NCBI RefSeq assembly: GCF_006345805.1
Contig: NC_042997.1
Span: 93,806,001 to 93,870,000, forward strand
Length of the DNA: 64,000 nt
Source of the DNA: Octopus sinensis
Taxonomy: Eukaryota
Direction: 5' to 3'
Shown here: positions 50,738-64,000 of the stretch, piece after piece
How positions within the stretch are numbered: position 1 is the first letter of the stretch
Layout: the number at the start of each line of letters is the position of its first letter
Position numbers and translations under genes: made by a program
The notes under the pieces: model-generated
Database searches by the model: none
The model's input: only the letters and a program-made list of their open reading frames with translations
Told to the model about the DNA's origin: nothing

Positions 50738-51260
50738 CACTTCGAAATGCATGCATCCATTGGTCTGGATTGAGAATGCTTTGAACTGATCATCATGTAT
50801 TTTGAGCTGATTGTGGAATCTCCATGACAAACTGCAGCTAATGACTTTCTTGCGGGTTCGAATATATCTCAAACATATTTGAACTGGTAGCATGTTTATC
50901 TTTATATCAAACATTGCTTAGAACTTATAATCCTTATATTTACTACGGCAAGGAAGCCGGACAGCGTCACCAGTCAAACTATGATATTTCGATTGGATTC
51001 TTATAAGGAAAAACCTAGTCTCTTACTCAGTTCGGAGTTGCATCTCTTTCTAATGTTCGATGCTGATGAGAAAATAAACACTTCGAAATGCATGCATCTA
51101 TCGATCTGGATGGAGGATGCTTCGAACTGACCATAGTGTGTTTAGGCCTTTTTTGTCTACAACGGGAATATTTCTCCATGATAAACTGCAGTGAATGGCC
51201 GTCTTACACGCTCGAATATGTATCGAACTGGTAACAAGCTTATATAAAATCTATATCTTC
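50738..51260 (+). repeat. ~1.5 tandem copies of a ~340-nt unit
   Basis: cacttcgaaatgcatgcatc at ~50738 and ~51079; downstream blocks gaactga, ctccatga(c/t)aaactgcag, tcgaatat and gaactggta are collinear. Confidence 0.75.
51057..51104 (+). ncRNA. Type I hammerhead ribozyme motif, canonical core
   Basis: Stem I tcgatg/tatcga; CUGAUGA; stem II GAA-aataaacac-TTC; GAAA; palindromic stem III tgcatgca; AUC cleavage triplet (cut after 51098). Confidence 0.75.
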
Positions 51261-51648
51261 AAATTCATAGATGGAGAATATTTTCAAATGGCTGTCTCTT
51301 ATTTTCAGCAATCTACTCTGTAGGCTAATGAATCATACGCTATATATGCGCGAGTATCTCATAGTGAAAGCTTAGTGTTGTGACAATGTGAAATACAATG
51401 TATGAAAATCAACAAAGACCAAAGAGATGTGTATAATATATATTATAGGCACAGGCGTGGCTTTGTGGTAAGAAGCTTGGTTCCCAACCACAAGGTTCCA
51501 GGTTCAGTTCCACTGCGTGGTACCATGGACAAGTGTCTTCTACTATAGCCTCGGACCGACCAAAGCCTTATGAGTGGATTTGGTAGACGGAAACCGAAAA
51601 GAAGCCCGTCGTATGTGTGTATCTATGTATACACACACACACATATAC

Positions 51649-51679
<31 letters not shown>

Positions 51680-52650
51680 TGTATGTATGTATGTATACAC
51701 ATACGTGTGTGTGTGTGTGTCTTTGCATCTGTGTTTGTCCCCCACCACTAGTTGAAACCAGTGTTCGTGTGTTTACGTCCCCGTAACTTAGCGGTTCGGC
51801 AAAGTAACTGATAGAATGAATGTCAGGCATAAAAATAAGTACTAAAGATTCTTCAAGGTGGTGCCCCAGCATGACGGCCGTCTAATGACTGAAACAAGTA
51901 AAAGGTCAAAAGTAGTGCGAAGGAAGGGTGGTGACCTGGCAGAATCGTTAGCACGCCGCATAAAGTGCTCAGCGACATTTTCCCCGGCTGTTTACGTTCT
52001 GAGTTCAAATCCCACCACTTGACCTTTCAGAGTCGATGAAATAAGTATCAGTCCATATAACCGACTTATCCTCTCCCTACAATATTACGGGGCCTTGTGC
52101 CTATTGTGGAAAGAATCATTAAGACATACAGGCACAAAAACAGCAATTTTGAGGGTAGTTGATCGGTCGTTATTATAGAACCCCCGAGGGATGAAAGGAA
52201 AAGTTGATCTCGGTGACATTTGAACTCAGAACGCAAAGAACTGCTGGAACAAATACAGCAAAGTAGTTTTCCCGACGTTTTATCGATTCTGCCAACTCAC
52301 TGCCTTTAAAAACAGGTATAACTAATTCGAGTGCTTCATTGGCATTTTGTTTTATGTATCTCGAAAAGGTGAAGGCCCATAATCAATGTCGAGATAATTA
52401 TTCTCTAAAAAATGGTAGCCGAATCTCTTTCAAATCACGCCCATTTTTTTCTTTTTTTAAATATGTGAGACATATTGTATGACGTGATTCTAATTATACT
52501 ATGTCAGACAAAAAATAAGACAGGATGGTTGCGTCTGAAATCCTTTTAATTAAAAGTTTACTCAATCAGGATCAAGCTGGGTAGAAACCACAGTGATAAC
52601 AAAAACAACAGCAGAAGCGACGACATTATTGACGATAAGAAGTAGAAGAA

Positions 52651-52706
52651 CACCACCACCACCACCACCACCACCACAACCAACAACAACAACAACAACA
52701 ACGACA

Positions 52707-52765
<59 letters not shown>

Positions 52766-52769
52766 AACG

Positions 52770-52854
<85 letters not shown>

Positions 52855-52855
52855 C
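52651..52855. repeat. Compound trinucleotide microsatellite (ACC)n(AAC)n(GAC)n(AAC)n
   Basis: Direct reading; source of the poly-T/poly-L pseudo-ORFs. Confidence 0.95.
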
Positions 52856-55644
52856 GGTAATAACAACTCAGAATACTAACCGATGTGGCGGCTAAGCTAA
52901 TTATCGAAAGATAATTATCTACCGTTTCTGCGATCTACAAAACATCATTTAATTGCTTTACAACACCTTGTTATATTCTTGAAATTATATTAAGCATGTT
53001 AATGTTTACGAGAATGCAAAATGTCACGGCACTGTAAATTTATAATTTATGTAACTATCTCTCTCTGAATGACCTTTATTAGACGATGAAGGAATTCGCA
53101 ACAGAAAAAAAAATGAAAGGAAAAAGAAAATGGTGTAATGCTTTTAAAGAAAACATTACAGTTGTTAAATTTACTAGCATTAATTAGATGAGGCTGCTTT
53201 ATTAAGGAGGAGAGGAAAAATATGAAACATTTAATATAGCTAACGATTTTAATAGTATGAACTTGAAGATCCTAATATCTTCCGTACAGAATCTAACCGT
53301 GTTTTATATATAACTAGCAGTATCGCCCGGCGTTGCTCGGGTTTGTTTCGACCCTTTAGAATTGGAATTTTTGAAAAGTAAAATTTTTGCATTATGTAGC
53401 TTGTTATTCTCTTTTATATTCAACTAATCCGAATGCTTCACTGGCATTTTGTTTTATGTATCTCGAGAAGGTGAAGGCCAATAATCAATGTCGAGATAAT
53501 TATTCTCTAAAAAAAATGGGTGTGATTTGAAAGAGATTCGGCTACCATTTTCTAGTTTGTCTTGTGTGTCTCGTGACTCGATTTTTACACCACTGCGATC
53601 TGCAGGCATTTCGCCCGAAGATCACAGTACGCAAACTTCCGTCGTGAGACAAACTCTTAGTTACAGTTTTAACAACCCACCTCCAATATGATGGATGGAA
53701 GCACTCCGTCGGTTACGACGACGAGGGTTGCGGTTGATCCGATCAACGGAACAGCCTGCTCGTGAAATTAACGTGTAAGTGGCTGAGCACTCCACAGACA
53801 CGTGTACCCATAACGTAGTTCTCGGGGATATTCAGCGTGACACAGAGAGTGACAAGGCCGGCCCTTTGAAATACAGGTACAACAGAAACAGGAAGTAAGA
53901 GGGAGAGAAAGTTGTGGTGAAAGAGTATAGCAGGGATCACCACCATCCCTGCCGGAGCCTCGTGGAGCTTACACTCACAGCGCCCGGTCTGGGAATCGAA
54001 ACCGCGATCCTACGACCGCGAGTCCGCTGCCCTAACCACTGGGCCATTGCGCCTCCACACCTCCAATATAATATTCATATTATATCTGTTAGCAGTAAAA
54101 AAATCGTAACAACTAGGGATTTTCATAGAAAAAAAGCACCTTTTTGATGTAAATAATTTTTGGTCTTAAGATGGTCCGATTTGAATTTTATCTTCTACGG
54201 AATGAAGAGCAAGCCTGGATCTTTTCATTTTGAAAGCCAGATTTTCCTAGTTAACTAAACAATTTGAAACTTCGTATACTGGTAGAATGTGTCAAAGGAA
54301 AACATAATTGTAAACCAAAATGAAAACGGAATTGTAATTTCTAAGTTTAACATTGTTTAATAATTCGAATTTTAACCAATGATATTCTTTCTTTCGACTT
54401 CATATCATTCACTGCCTCTCAAAATATTGTTACTGTGACGTAAACAGCTATTTTGTGACGTAAAATGTAAATATAAACATCCGCTTATCGTAACTAAACA
54501 CTTTCAAACTTCGTGGAGTATATATAAAATTTGTGCAGATCCTAAATAGCTAAATTCTTTTTGAAAGTCTTAGTATATATAAAATGAGTGTTTAAATTAT
54601 TTTCCATTGTTTGCATTGCTTACACACACACACACACACACACACCACACACCACACACACACACACACAACACACACACACACCACACACACACACACA
54701 CCACACACAACACTAAATTTACATCGTTGGAGCAGTAATTTATTTATGTATTTTTGTTACACAATTTATTTTTAAGCTGAATCCCTATCCTGCCATTAAC
54801 CTCTTTCTTATAAAATAGTTGAAGAATCTGGGTGTAGGAATTGGCCAGTATTGGAACTTTTAACTTCTTGATCTCTATCTTATGATCTCCGAAATTTAAG
54901 AAAGAATCTTGTGTTAACTGGGCTCTTATTATTTACTCTGACTCTGCCACCCACCTCAATGCAAAGACTATCAATATCAGAATCATCTTCACAACCACCA
55001 CTACAACCCAATTACTACAACTCCAATGCCACCACACCACAACCACTCTTCTGCAACCACAACCCAAGAATCAATACCAGCATCATATTCAAAATCACCC
55101 AAATTCACACCACTACACTCTGCAAGTCTTCAACACTACCACCATGAGACATCTTAACATAATCAATTGATAATACTAATATCATTCATCATTATCATCA
55201 TCATCCAATGCCGCCGCCCCACCACCACCACACTGCATGATAACACACTACCACACTGTTGCTTACTGCTTACCCACTCACAAAATAGCTGTTCTGTACC
55301 GTCACAGTAACACTATGCAGCTAATAATTCAAATGAAAAAGGACAATACGATTGCAGTTAAAATTCGCAGATTTAAAACTACGTTTAAAACTTTAAACAC
55401 CTACCATTTTTGTCAAAAAACTAGTTGATTGAAGTATTGTATGTCTTGACACATTCTACCAGTATACGAAGTTTCAAATTATTAGTTAACGGTCTCGGAG
55501 GAGATAGTGTTAGTTGAAGGCTACCAAACCTGCCACACACACAACTTCAGCTTTATATATAAAGATTTTTAATAAATTATCATCTCCTTTCCTTCTCTCC
55601 ACGTGTATGTGCGCGTGCGAGTATGTGTATATATATGTGTGTGT

Positions 55645-55681
<37 letters not shown>

Positions 55682-56670
55682 CGGGCTGAATGTGATGTGT
55701 CACATCATGTCGATATGATGTAGCCCACTACCGAATGTAACGTGTAATGCTTAAAGGTTCTCGCTCGGAGTAACCGGTGAAAATGGAAGAATCAACACCA
55801 AGAAGGAAGAAATATTATTTACATATATTTATTCGTTTGCCCGACATGTAGTTAAAGAGACATTAGCAATTCTAGTGATATTGACAAGATTGGCTGGCTG
55901 GTTAGTAGTTGATAGTGTAGGAAAAGGTTGTCTGTCTGTAGAGAGTGAAAGAGTAAAGAATGCACGGTGCTGACTATAAAGAGAGAAAGGATAATGGTGG
56001 CATCGTCTTTCTTGCGGCCGAGGAAAGTGTTGCTCTTGGTCTGACTGACACAAAAGAGGTAGAGATGGGAAATGTTCTGTGTTATATAGACTATGGTCAG
56101 TAATGTAGGTCAAACCCTAAACAAAGGACTGACCTTTCCTTGACCAGCACAGGTCCTTGTGGATCAAGTGCGTCCTCATTAATCATCTGGTGTGGAGAGG
56201 ATTTCCCGCTTGTTTTGACAAGCGGGTAGATTTGGATTCAAATCTTAGGCAGGGTGAAGCGAAGTCCCTACACACACACACCACACACACACACATATAT
56301 AATATATATATATATAATATTATATATATATATTATAAATATATAAAACAAACGAACATATATGGCGCTCAGGAATATAAATAAAACAGTAACGTTTCGA
56401 GCCTATATATATATACATAATGAAAACCGTAGTAAAGAGTTTGTCTCGTGTGTCTCGTCACTCGATTTTTACACCACTGCGATCTGCAGGCATTTCGCCC
56501 GAAGATCACAGTACGCAAACTTGCGTCGTGAGACAAACTCTTAGTTACAGTTTTAGCAACCCATCTCAAAAAAAGTAACCCCCCCCCGAAAAAAAGACCA
56601 ACAAAAACCTCATCTACGTATATTAAGCAACTGAGCACTCCTTTGTCATTCGTTCGACATTAAGCAACCT

Positions 56671-56734
<64 letters not shown>

Positions 56735-59578
56735 ACACACACACACACACGCACGCACGCACGCACACACTTAAATACACATGTGATTTAAATTAGCAGA
56801 AATTATGAAATGACTCAAGGACCGAAAGTTTTGTGCATGACACTTATCAAAGTTTGATAATACCTACATCTGTACATAGACACATACGCTTGTATGTACT
56901 CGTTAGTGAGTAGATATTGAACACAGCTTCCATCACGCAGTGTTTCATAGGCATCTAAAACGCACACCGAATCGTTCTAAAGGCATGGTGTGTAGAGGCA
57001 CATTCTCTCCATTTCATCGATTCTAGATAAATTTATACAGGATTTATTGTTAATGACATCAGGGACTACAATCAACTTCTGAACCTCATTAACTCAAAGA
57101 GACAGCGTAAACTCGCCGCCCTTCTCCCGATTTATTTAAGCTCAAAGAACAAAAGTCTGTCAGCCGTACAACACAACACCTTACAATAATATCGTCCATA
57201 GTAAGGCGCGAGAACTGGGGTCGATATAATCGACTTAATCCGTCTGTCTGTCTTGTTTGTCTCCTCTGTGTTTAGCCACTTGTGGGTAGAAATAGGTATT
57301 TCGTATGTCTTTATGTTCTCAGTTCAAATTCCGCCGAGGTCGACTTTGCCTTTCATCCTTTCGGGGTCGATAAATTAAGCACCAGTTGCGTACTGGAATC
57401 GATCGAATCGACTGGCTCCTTCCCCCGAAATTTCGGGCCTTGTAGGAAATAATATTATCGTCGTAGCTTATCTTCTTTAAATGCTTTCGTAAATGCAGTT
57501 TCTGTCTGATTCTGCTGTGCATACTAAAAAATTTACAGAAAAAAACTGTTGTTTCTTTTAACAGAAAATCTGTTAATTTGTAATTGATGTCAAAGACAAG
57601 CCTTTTGCCTGGAATATTTACAATTGGTCGAGCTATAAAATAAAAATAACCAACAACTGTAACAAAGGAGATATCAAAGAGTTAGCTCCCTTCTAGCGAA
57701 AGTTAAGTCTGCTCAAGTTACCTCCCTTACAACCAAATTATACAGTGCCTCGTACATCAACATGTTAATTTCTATCTTGTTCTGTGGTTCGACAAATGGT
57801 GAAAAACACCTGCCTTTAAATTCATTAAATGTGTGCTACAAGCAATCATCTGAAAGCTGGACATCTGTTCTACGTGTGTTTGACGTAAGTTAACAACGGT
57901 CCATCTACAAATGTAAACAATACGCAAACTAATGAGTGTATTTTTTCGGCTGTATCTTTAAACACAGGCGTGTATGCATTATATGTGCAAGTGTATGTAT
58001 ATGTGCTTGTTTGTATATTTATATAGACACAGATAACTGGAAAAATAGACAGAAATATATATATCGTTTGTAGAAGACATAAATTCGAAAAGAAGCACAC
58101 TGTAAGATGTAGAGCAGTGTATATTTTAATGGGGGAGGCCGGTTTATGGGATTACCCTGGGTGTCCCTATTATAATATATATATATATATATAATATATG
58201 TGTGGTGTGTGTGTGCGTGCGCGCGTGTGTGTGTATATATGTGCGTATATATGTATGTATTTATATTATATATATATATATAATATATATAGATATATAT
58301 ATAATATATATAATATATATATATACGTACGTGCATATATGTATGTGTGTGCATATATATATGAATATATATATACACACACACACATATATATATGTAT
58401 ACATATATGTATATAAAATTCAGGGTGAATACTTGATAACTTTAAGCACCTGTATATGCCAGTTAGTGGTGTAGGTGTAGGGTATATTTATCAAAAGAAA
58501 AACAGGATGCAAAGGATTTAGCGGCACATATGTTTCTGGCTTTATTGGACAGTTTATATCAATGCATAATTGATATAACATGTATGTCAATAGCCTTCCT
58601 CAGCCGCGCACAATTACCACACCAAAGACATGCTATACATTATAAGTTTGGGAAAAAGACGTGTTTCGTTGGGGATGCAAATTCTCATAGTCGTATACAG
58701 CAGAGCGAGACACCAAAACAAAAACAAAACGTCCATACTGTTTTTCACTCGATATAAAATGAGGAGGTTGGATGTTGAGATAAAGAGGGAAGGAGTGGAA
58801 GGGGGTGAATCTTTGATGAGTTTGGGATCACAAAGAGGAAAAATAGTAAGTGCAAAATGTAATAAAAGAGTAGAAATGTAAAAATGGTAAGAGTAAAAAA
58901 ATAAGTATATAACTATATAAAGATACAAAGGATGTTGTATGTCTGGTCTAAATTTCTAGAGCTGTACTGTGACAGTGTAGACGTGAAAAAACATGGAAAT
59001 ATAAATAAATAAAGATGAAGAAGCGAAAAAATAAAGACGAAAAATAAAAATATAAAGGGATAAACAAATATAAAGGGATAAAAAAATAAAAAGGTGGACA
59101 TAAAGATAAAGTAAGGTACGGAAAAAAATATGCCGGTTAGTGAAGCTTTAGGATGTATTGGTGGGTGTCATAAATTAAAACTCAATTATCTGGGGAGCAG
59201 GCGGATGGTCAGTTTAAGTTGTCTGCTCCAAGTTGGTGTGTGTCTAAAAAATTTTATCTGCTTTCTCATAAAAAACGTCTGGGACCGTGTATGCATTGTA
59301 TGTGCAAGTGTATGTATATGTGCCTGTTTGTATGTTTGTATAGACACAGATAAAAGGAAAAAAAAAGAGAGAAATATATAAATCGTTTGTAGAAGACATA
59401 AATGCGGAAAGGAAGCACACTCTAAGATGTAGAGCAGTGTATATTTTAATGGGGGAGGCCGGTTTATGGGACGTTTAAAGATACAGCCGAAAAAATTCAC
59501 TCATTAGTTTGCGTATTGTTTACATTCGTTGATGTGCGTGCATATACATATATATGCACACACATACATATATGCACG

Positions 59579-59610
<32 letters not shown>

Positions 59611-59829
59611 CAAAAATGTGACCTCGTGTGTACCGTTGGCGATTTTTTTCCTCTGTCTTCCCTTCTCTGGATCTTTCCTTCTCCTATGTTTCCGACGAAG
59701 AGCTCCGCTCGAAACGTTTTACCCTCCTTCTTCCCTTCTTTCCTGAGCGTCCAATATACTATATTTGTTCCACGCCCTCACGTTGTTGTTTTTTTGTGTT
59801 TTTCTTGTTTGGATTAACTTTATATATAT

Positions 59830-59902
<73 letters not shown>

Positions 59903-60164
59903 TATACATACGTGCATATATGTATTGTGTGCATATATATGCATACGCACACCACACCCGCACACACTAACTACACACATATATATGTCTGTATATGAAA
60001 AGACTCCCACTTTTTTCTAAACATTTCTCTGACTCGATTGTGCTACGCTGCAAAGATTTATGCCTCGTTTCCAAATTCGAATAATTGTGCAAATTGGATG
60101 CTGTCATCTTGAATCGATAACCAATACCGGGCTCAGACAACTGTCGAAGCCGTATCATTCTTAC

Positions 60165-60391
60165 AATATGCAAATTCCAGATGTAGATAACCCTTTTTTG
60201 CCACTTTTCCCTCGTAAGTTCTGCAACTTCAATGGAACATTTGGTATGAGGTTCATTTCGCTTCCTCTGGACATCAAACTGTTCTCCTCTTTCCCAGTCT
60301 GCAGGACTCATAATCATCCTCAAAGCCGAATTCCAACTCACCACCCACTTCTCTACTCTACCAATCTTAGTTACTCCATCACAAGTAAATT
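60165..60391 (-). CDS. Weak candidate exon in unique sequence
   Basis: Open frame FTCDGVTKIGRVEKWVVSWNSALRM...IWNLHI with donor |gtaaga; the acceptor lacks a good pyrimidine tract. Confidence 0.25.
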
Positions 60392-61273
60392 CTACAAATC
60401 TCTATAATTTTGGGTTTGCAGACATTGTGTTTCAGCGAAAAAAAATGCATTGAGGGAATTTCACAGAACCGTTATCGTTTTAGAGAGGAAACATTGAGTG
60501 GAGTAGTGAATGGGTCTATGCAATGAAGGAATGGATGTGAATACAATATGGAGGACGAAAACATGAGAACTGAATGTGTTAGAAGTGTCTGGAGAGAGGT
60601 GGTATGAGACCAGCCGGATTTAAGAAAGCAGAGGCGGCTGTAGAAGTTGAAGAAAGAAGAACGAGAGAAAGAGAAGTTGAGGGAGAAATAGATTGATAGG
60701 TGGCGAGCTGGCAGAAACGTTAGCACGCCGGGCGAAATGCTTAGCGGTATTTCGTCTGCCGCTAAGTTCTGAGTTCAAATTCCGCCGAGGTCGACTTTGC
60801 CTTTCATCCTTTCGGGGTCGATAAATAAAGTACCAGTTACGCACTGGGGTCGATGTAATCGACTTAATACCTATGTCTGTCCTTGTTTGTCCCCTCTGTG
60901 TTTAGCGCCTTGTGGGTAATAAAGAAATAGGTATGTAGGTATGTATATAGGTAGGTGGTGAAGGGGGTAGGCAGGAAGATAGGTAGGTAGAAAGAAGGGG
61001 AGAGAGAGGGAGAGGGAGAAAGAGAAATAGAGAGAGAGAGAGAGAAAGAGTCAGAGAGAGTGTGTGTGTGTAAAGAAAAGAGATATAGAGAGATAGATAG
61101 ATAAAGATAGAAAGAAAGAAAGAGAATGAGAAAGAGAGAGAAGAAATTGCACGCTAGTAGAGAGTTGTGTATATTTGTGAACGACTGCTAATGAATCGGA
61201 TGTCCTTTCTTTCGAAGCAATCTCGAATGTCTATGAGATGAGCAGCAGCATCCAGTTGCGAATTTCACCTAAC

Positions 61274-61303
61274 CTTTGTAGAGCATTAATAATTGTTGGA
61301 GAT
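61274..61303 (-). CDS. Candidate 30-nt symmetric micro-exon
   Basis: Very strong acceptor ttttgttgttttttttctcag| and donor AAG|gttagg. Open in phase 1 (LQQLLMLYK) or phase 2. Confidence 0.3.
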
Positions 61304-63048
61304 CTGAGAAAAAAAACAACAAAAAAACCCAAAAAAACCCCCAGCGTTCTTGAAACATTTGTCGTCTAGACGATTATTCCCACAAGCACCTTCTCGTTGA
61401 TCACAATAACGTCTACAAACTTTACAACACTGTAGTCAGACATTTCGATTCCTAAAGCTGCTCTTTGAATAAACAATCAGTTTGCTCTGTCATCTTACAC
61501 TACGTTTCGCTCTACACTCCTAAGCGCAAGAAAAATACTTCACTTTTGCAATGGAAACTTTCTCACCCATAGGCGATAATAAATTTCTTTCATTCTCATA
61601 GTCGTCATCTTTTTCTTTAAGATATCTGCAGTTTAACGACTCGTACAATAGTTCATATATCTTTTTTGATATTAAATTCACACCTTTCTCACTTCAAATT
61701 TCCACCCTCCCTTCCTCATTTCGATATTTGCAAGGCGTCCTTGTTGACCATCTCCTTATTATCTTACTGTCTCTCAATATTTATTCAGCGTTTCCTGTCG
61801 ATCATTTTTTCTGCTTTCTTTTGTCTTTCTCTGTCGTATTACACGCTATTTACCCATTTGTACGTATCATCAGGAAATATCTTTCTCCGAATAGGACTTC
61901 ACCCGAAACGCTAGACTTTCGTTCGTTGCCGAGAGAAATCAATTTATTCGTCTCTGGAGTACGTTTGTACTGATTTATAACCGATGCAGATCTGCACTAG
62001 TTTCTAGTTAATAAATACGGATGAGATGAGGAAACTACAACTGAATGGCTAATATATATTTATTTCAGCAAGTACAGAAAATAACTCCAGACATTTTTAC
62101 ATCTTATTAGACACCCTCAGCAAAACATAGACTTCACGGTACTAACCAAAGTAGTGATAAGAAAATCATTAAGTAGATGTAACCGAAATTTGATAATATT
62201 TCTTTCCTACTCTTGTTCAATATTGTACATCTACTGCATGATTCTCTTACTCAGCAAATAAGTGAAATCTATGCTTTTTCGAGGAGGTATAATAATCCTT
62301 TCTAGTATAGGTATAAGACTTGAAATTTTGGAGGAGGGGCCGGGTCGATTTCCTCACCCCAGTACTTGACTGACGCTTATTTTATGAACTCCGAAAAGAT
62401 GAACAGCAAAGTCGGCTTCAGTGGAATTTGAACGTAAAACGTAAAACGGAGGAAATGCCGTTGAACATTTGGCCCAGCTCAGTAACGATTCGACTCGCTC
62501 GCAGCCTTTGAGGCGGTATAATAATATCAAAAGTTTTAAGAGCTATCATCCGAAATAATTAAAATAGTTTAATCATTTAGCTAATGTATTTTCCTCACTC
62601 CATTCGTATTACTAATTTCATTCCTATGCACACTAAGTTAGCTATTTCGATAAAGATGAAATATAGTTCAATGACCTTTGTTGTCTGTTATGGACAGTCT
62701 GAAAACCTTCACTGAGATTCCTCTCCAAGACACAAGCGTGACAAAATTTTTGTTTGAAAGTCAGTAAGTGGTTAGTTAGCTGCAGTTTTCACAGTTTTGT
62801 TTTTAAATTAGCGTTCATATTTAAAACATTTCAATGGACGAGTTATAATTTCTCATATATAAAACTATTTTTGGTTTATCGCCATCTGTGATGATTGTCG
62901 AGAAAGTAGTCAGTTGGAACACTTGCTCTTCAGCTAACAGATGTCGTCTCTATCATTTCTAAGAGTGTACGAAGCTAATCGCTCTATATGTCACCATTCA
63001 TCTGTGGAAATGAATAAATAGATAAATACATATAAGAGAAATAATATA

Positions 63049-63724
63049 TTTCTAAATCTCTCAGAGAGATTTATATAGTAGCAACGCAATAAAGTGATGG
63101 TATGTTGTCAACTTAATGTGACAATCCCAGAAAGCGAAAAACGCTACTGCTATTTAGCCCTAGGAAACACCGTTTCCTGTTGGCCTTGACACATTTCCTG
63201 TGTCCTTATGTTTACAAAGGAGGAGATAAGCACCTCCATCCTTCAAAGCCAGCCTCCAGAGACTAGTTTCAGAGTTATTGCTCATCATCAGTCTGGAGTA
63301 GCATGGCTTGCTAGCTGTCGATGCCTATCTGCCTTTGTAAACATATAATAATGCAAGTGAGATGCAGTCACTAATTTCGAAAATAGAAATAATTAATTTC
63401 TAAATCTCTCAGAGTGCTGCTACTGTATAAATATCTCTGAGAGATTTAGAAATGAATTATTTCTATTTTCGAAATCAGTGAATGTATTTCACTTGAATTA
63501 TTATATGTTTACAAAGGCAGACTGATGATGAGCAATGATTCTGAAGCTAGTCTCTGGATGCTGGCTTTTATGGGTGGAGGTACTTATCTCCCCCTTTGTA
63601 AACATAAGAACACAGGAAATGTGTCAAGGTCAACACGGAACGGTGTTTCCTAGGGCTAAATAACAGTAGCATTCTTCCCTTTCATGGGACTGTCACATTA
63701 AGTTGACAACATACCATCACTTTA
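63049..63724. repeat. Palindromic arrangement of ~350-nt hammerhead-bearing units
   Basis: tttctaaatctctcagag recurs at 63049 and 63397; 63090-63430 mirrors 63437-63724. Confidence 0.8.
63254..63298 (-). ncRNA. Minimal type I hammerhead ribozyme motif
   Basis: Minus strand CTCCAGA-CTGATGA-tGAGcaataaCTCt-GAAA-C-TA-G-TC/TCTGGAG. Perfect 7-bp stem I and GUC site; U-U at the base of stem II. Confidence 0.65.
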
Positions 63725-64000
63725 CATATAAGAAAAATATTTATAAAATAAATTTCAGTAATATACCAGTTTCGTCTCCTCTGCCCATCCTTTTTTTTTT
63801 AAGATCTCATCTAGCGTCGAATGAAAACATCAATATTTCTGTGAAAAATTAAAAAAGAGAAAACGAAAAAACAAAACAAAAACAAAACGAAAAACAAAAC
63901 AAAACAAGAGACAGACCGTGTTTTGAGAACTTAGATTTTAGGATTGTATTTTTTGTGGTTAAAATCTTCGTACTTACTAGTTCAAAGATGTTCAATATTT

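Noticed and set aside
55780-56270. Unique, protein-looking stretch on +
   Set aside because: All frames are interrupted, with no recognisable motif or splice pair.
58655-58700. Minus-strand GAAAC-AC-GTC hammerhead half
   Set aside because: The CUGANGA box is incomplete (ctatga) and stem I does not pair.

Overview
AT-rich, repeat-dense eukaryotic genomic DNA with no prokaryotic genes or CRISPR arrays. It is probably from an octopod cephalopod, inferred from the abundant tRNA/CORE-type SINEs, the microsatellite load and a GC-rich expanded 18S V4 fragment. Short minus-strand exons with canonical splice sites are scattered across the window. Five of them (12647-12487, 11361-11295, 5458-5370, 3076-3020, 165-1) splice into one open frame encoding an unrecognised protein with a Glu-rich tract. 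Further candidate exons at about 20.1, 28.6, 42.3, 50.0 and 60-61 kb may belong to the same gene or an upstream one. The introns hold SINEs, mariner and Tc1-like remnants, Helitrons, a Tx1/L1-like LINE, an RTE fragment, a HERO-like RLE retrotransposon fragment and an 820-bp foldback MITE with an 8-bp TSD. Three things stand out. First, three unrelated ~280-350-nt repeat families each carry a type I hammerhead-ribozyme motif (retrozyme/Penelope-like); the one at 51057-51104 has a fully canonical core. Second, a ~7-kb strand-polarised degenerate TTAGGG-like tract contains embedded RNA-derived fragments (18S rRNA, HERO 3' end, hammerhead repeats). Third, several near-perfect local inverted duplications would form long intronic dsRNA. 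Most ORFs in the supplied track are microsatellite or repeat artefacts. All coordinates and translations were worked out by eye; TE boundaries are approximate.
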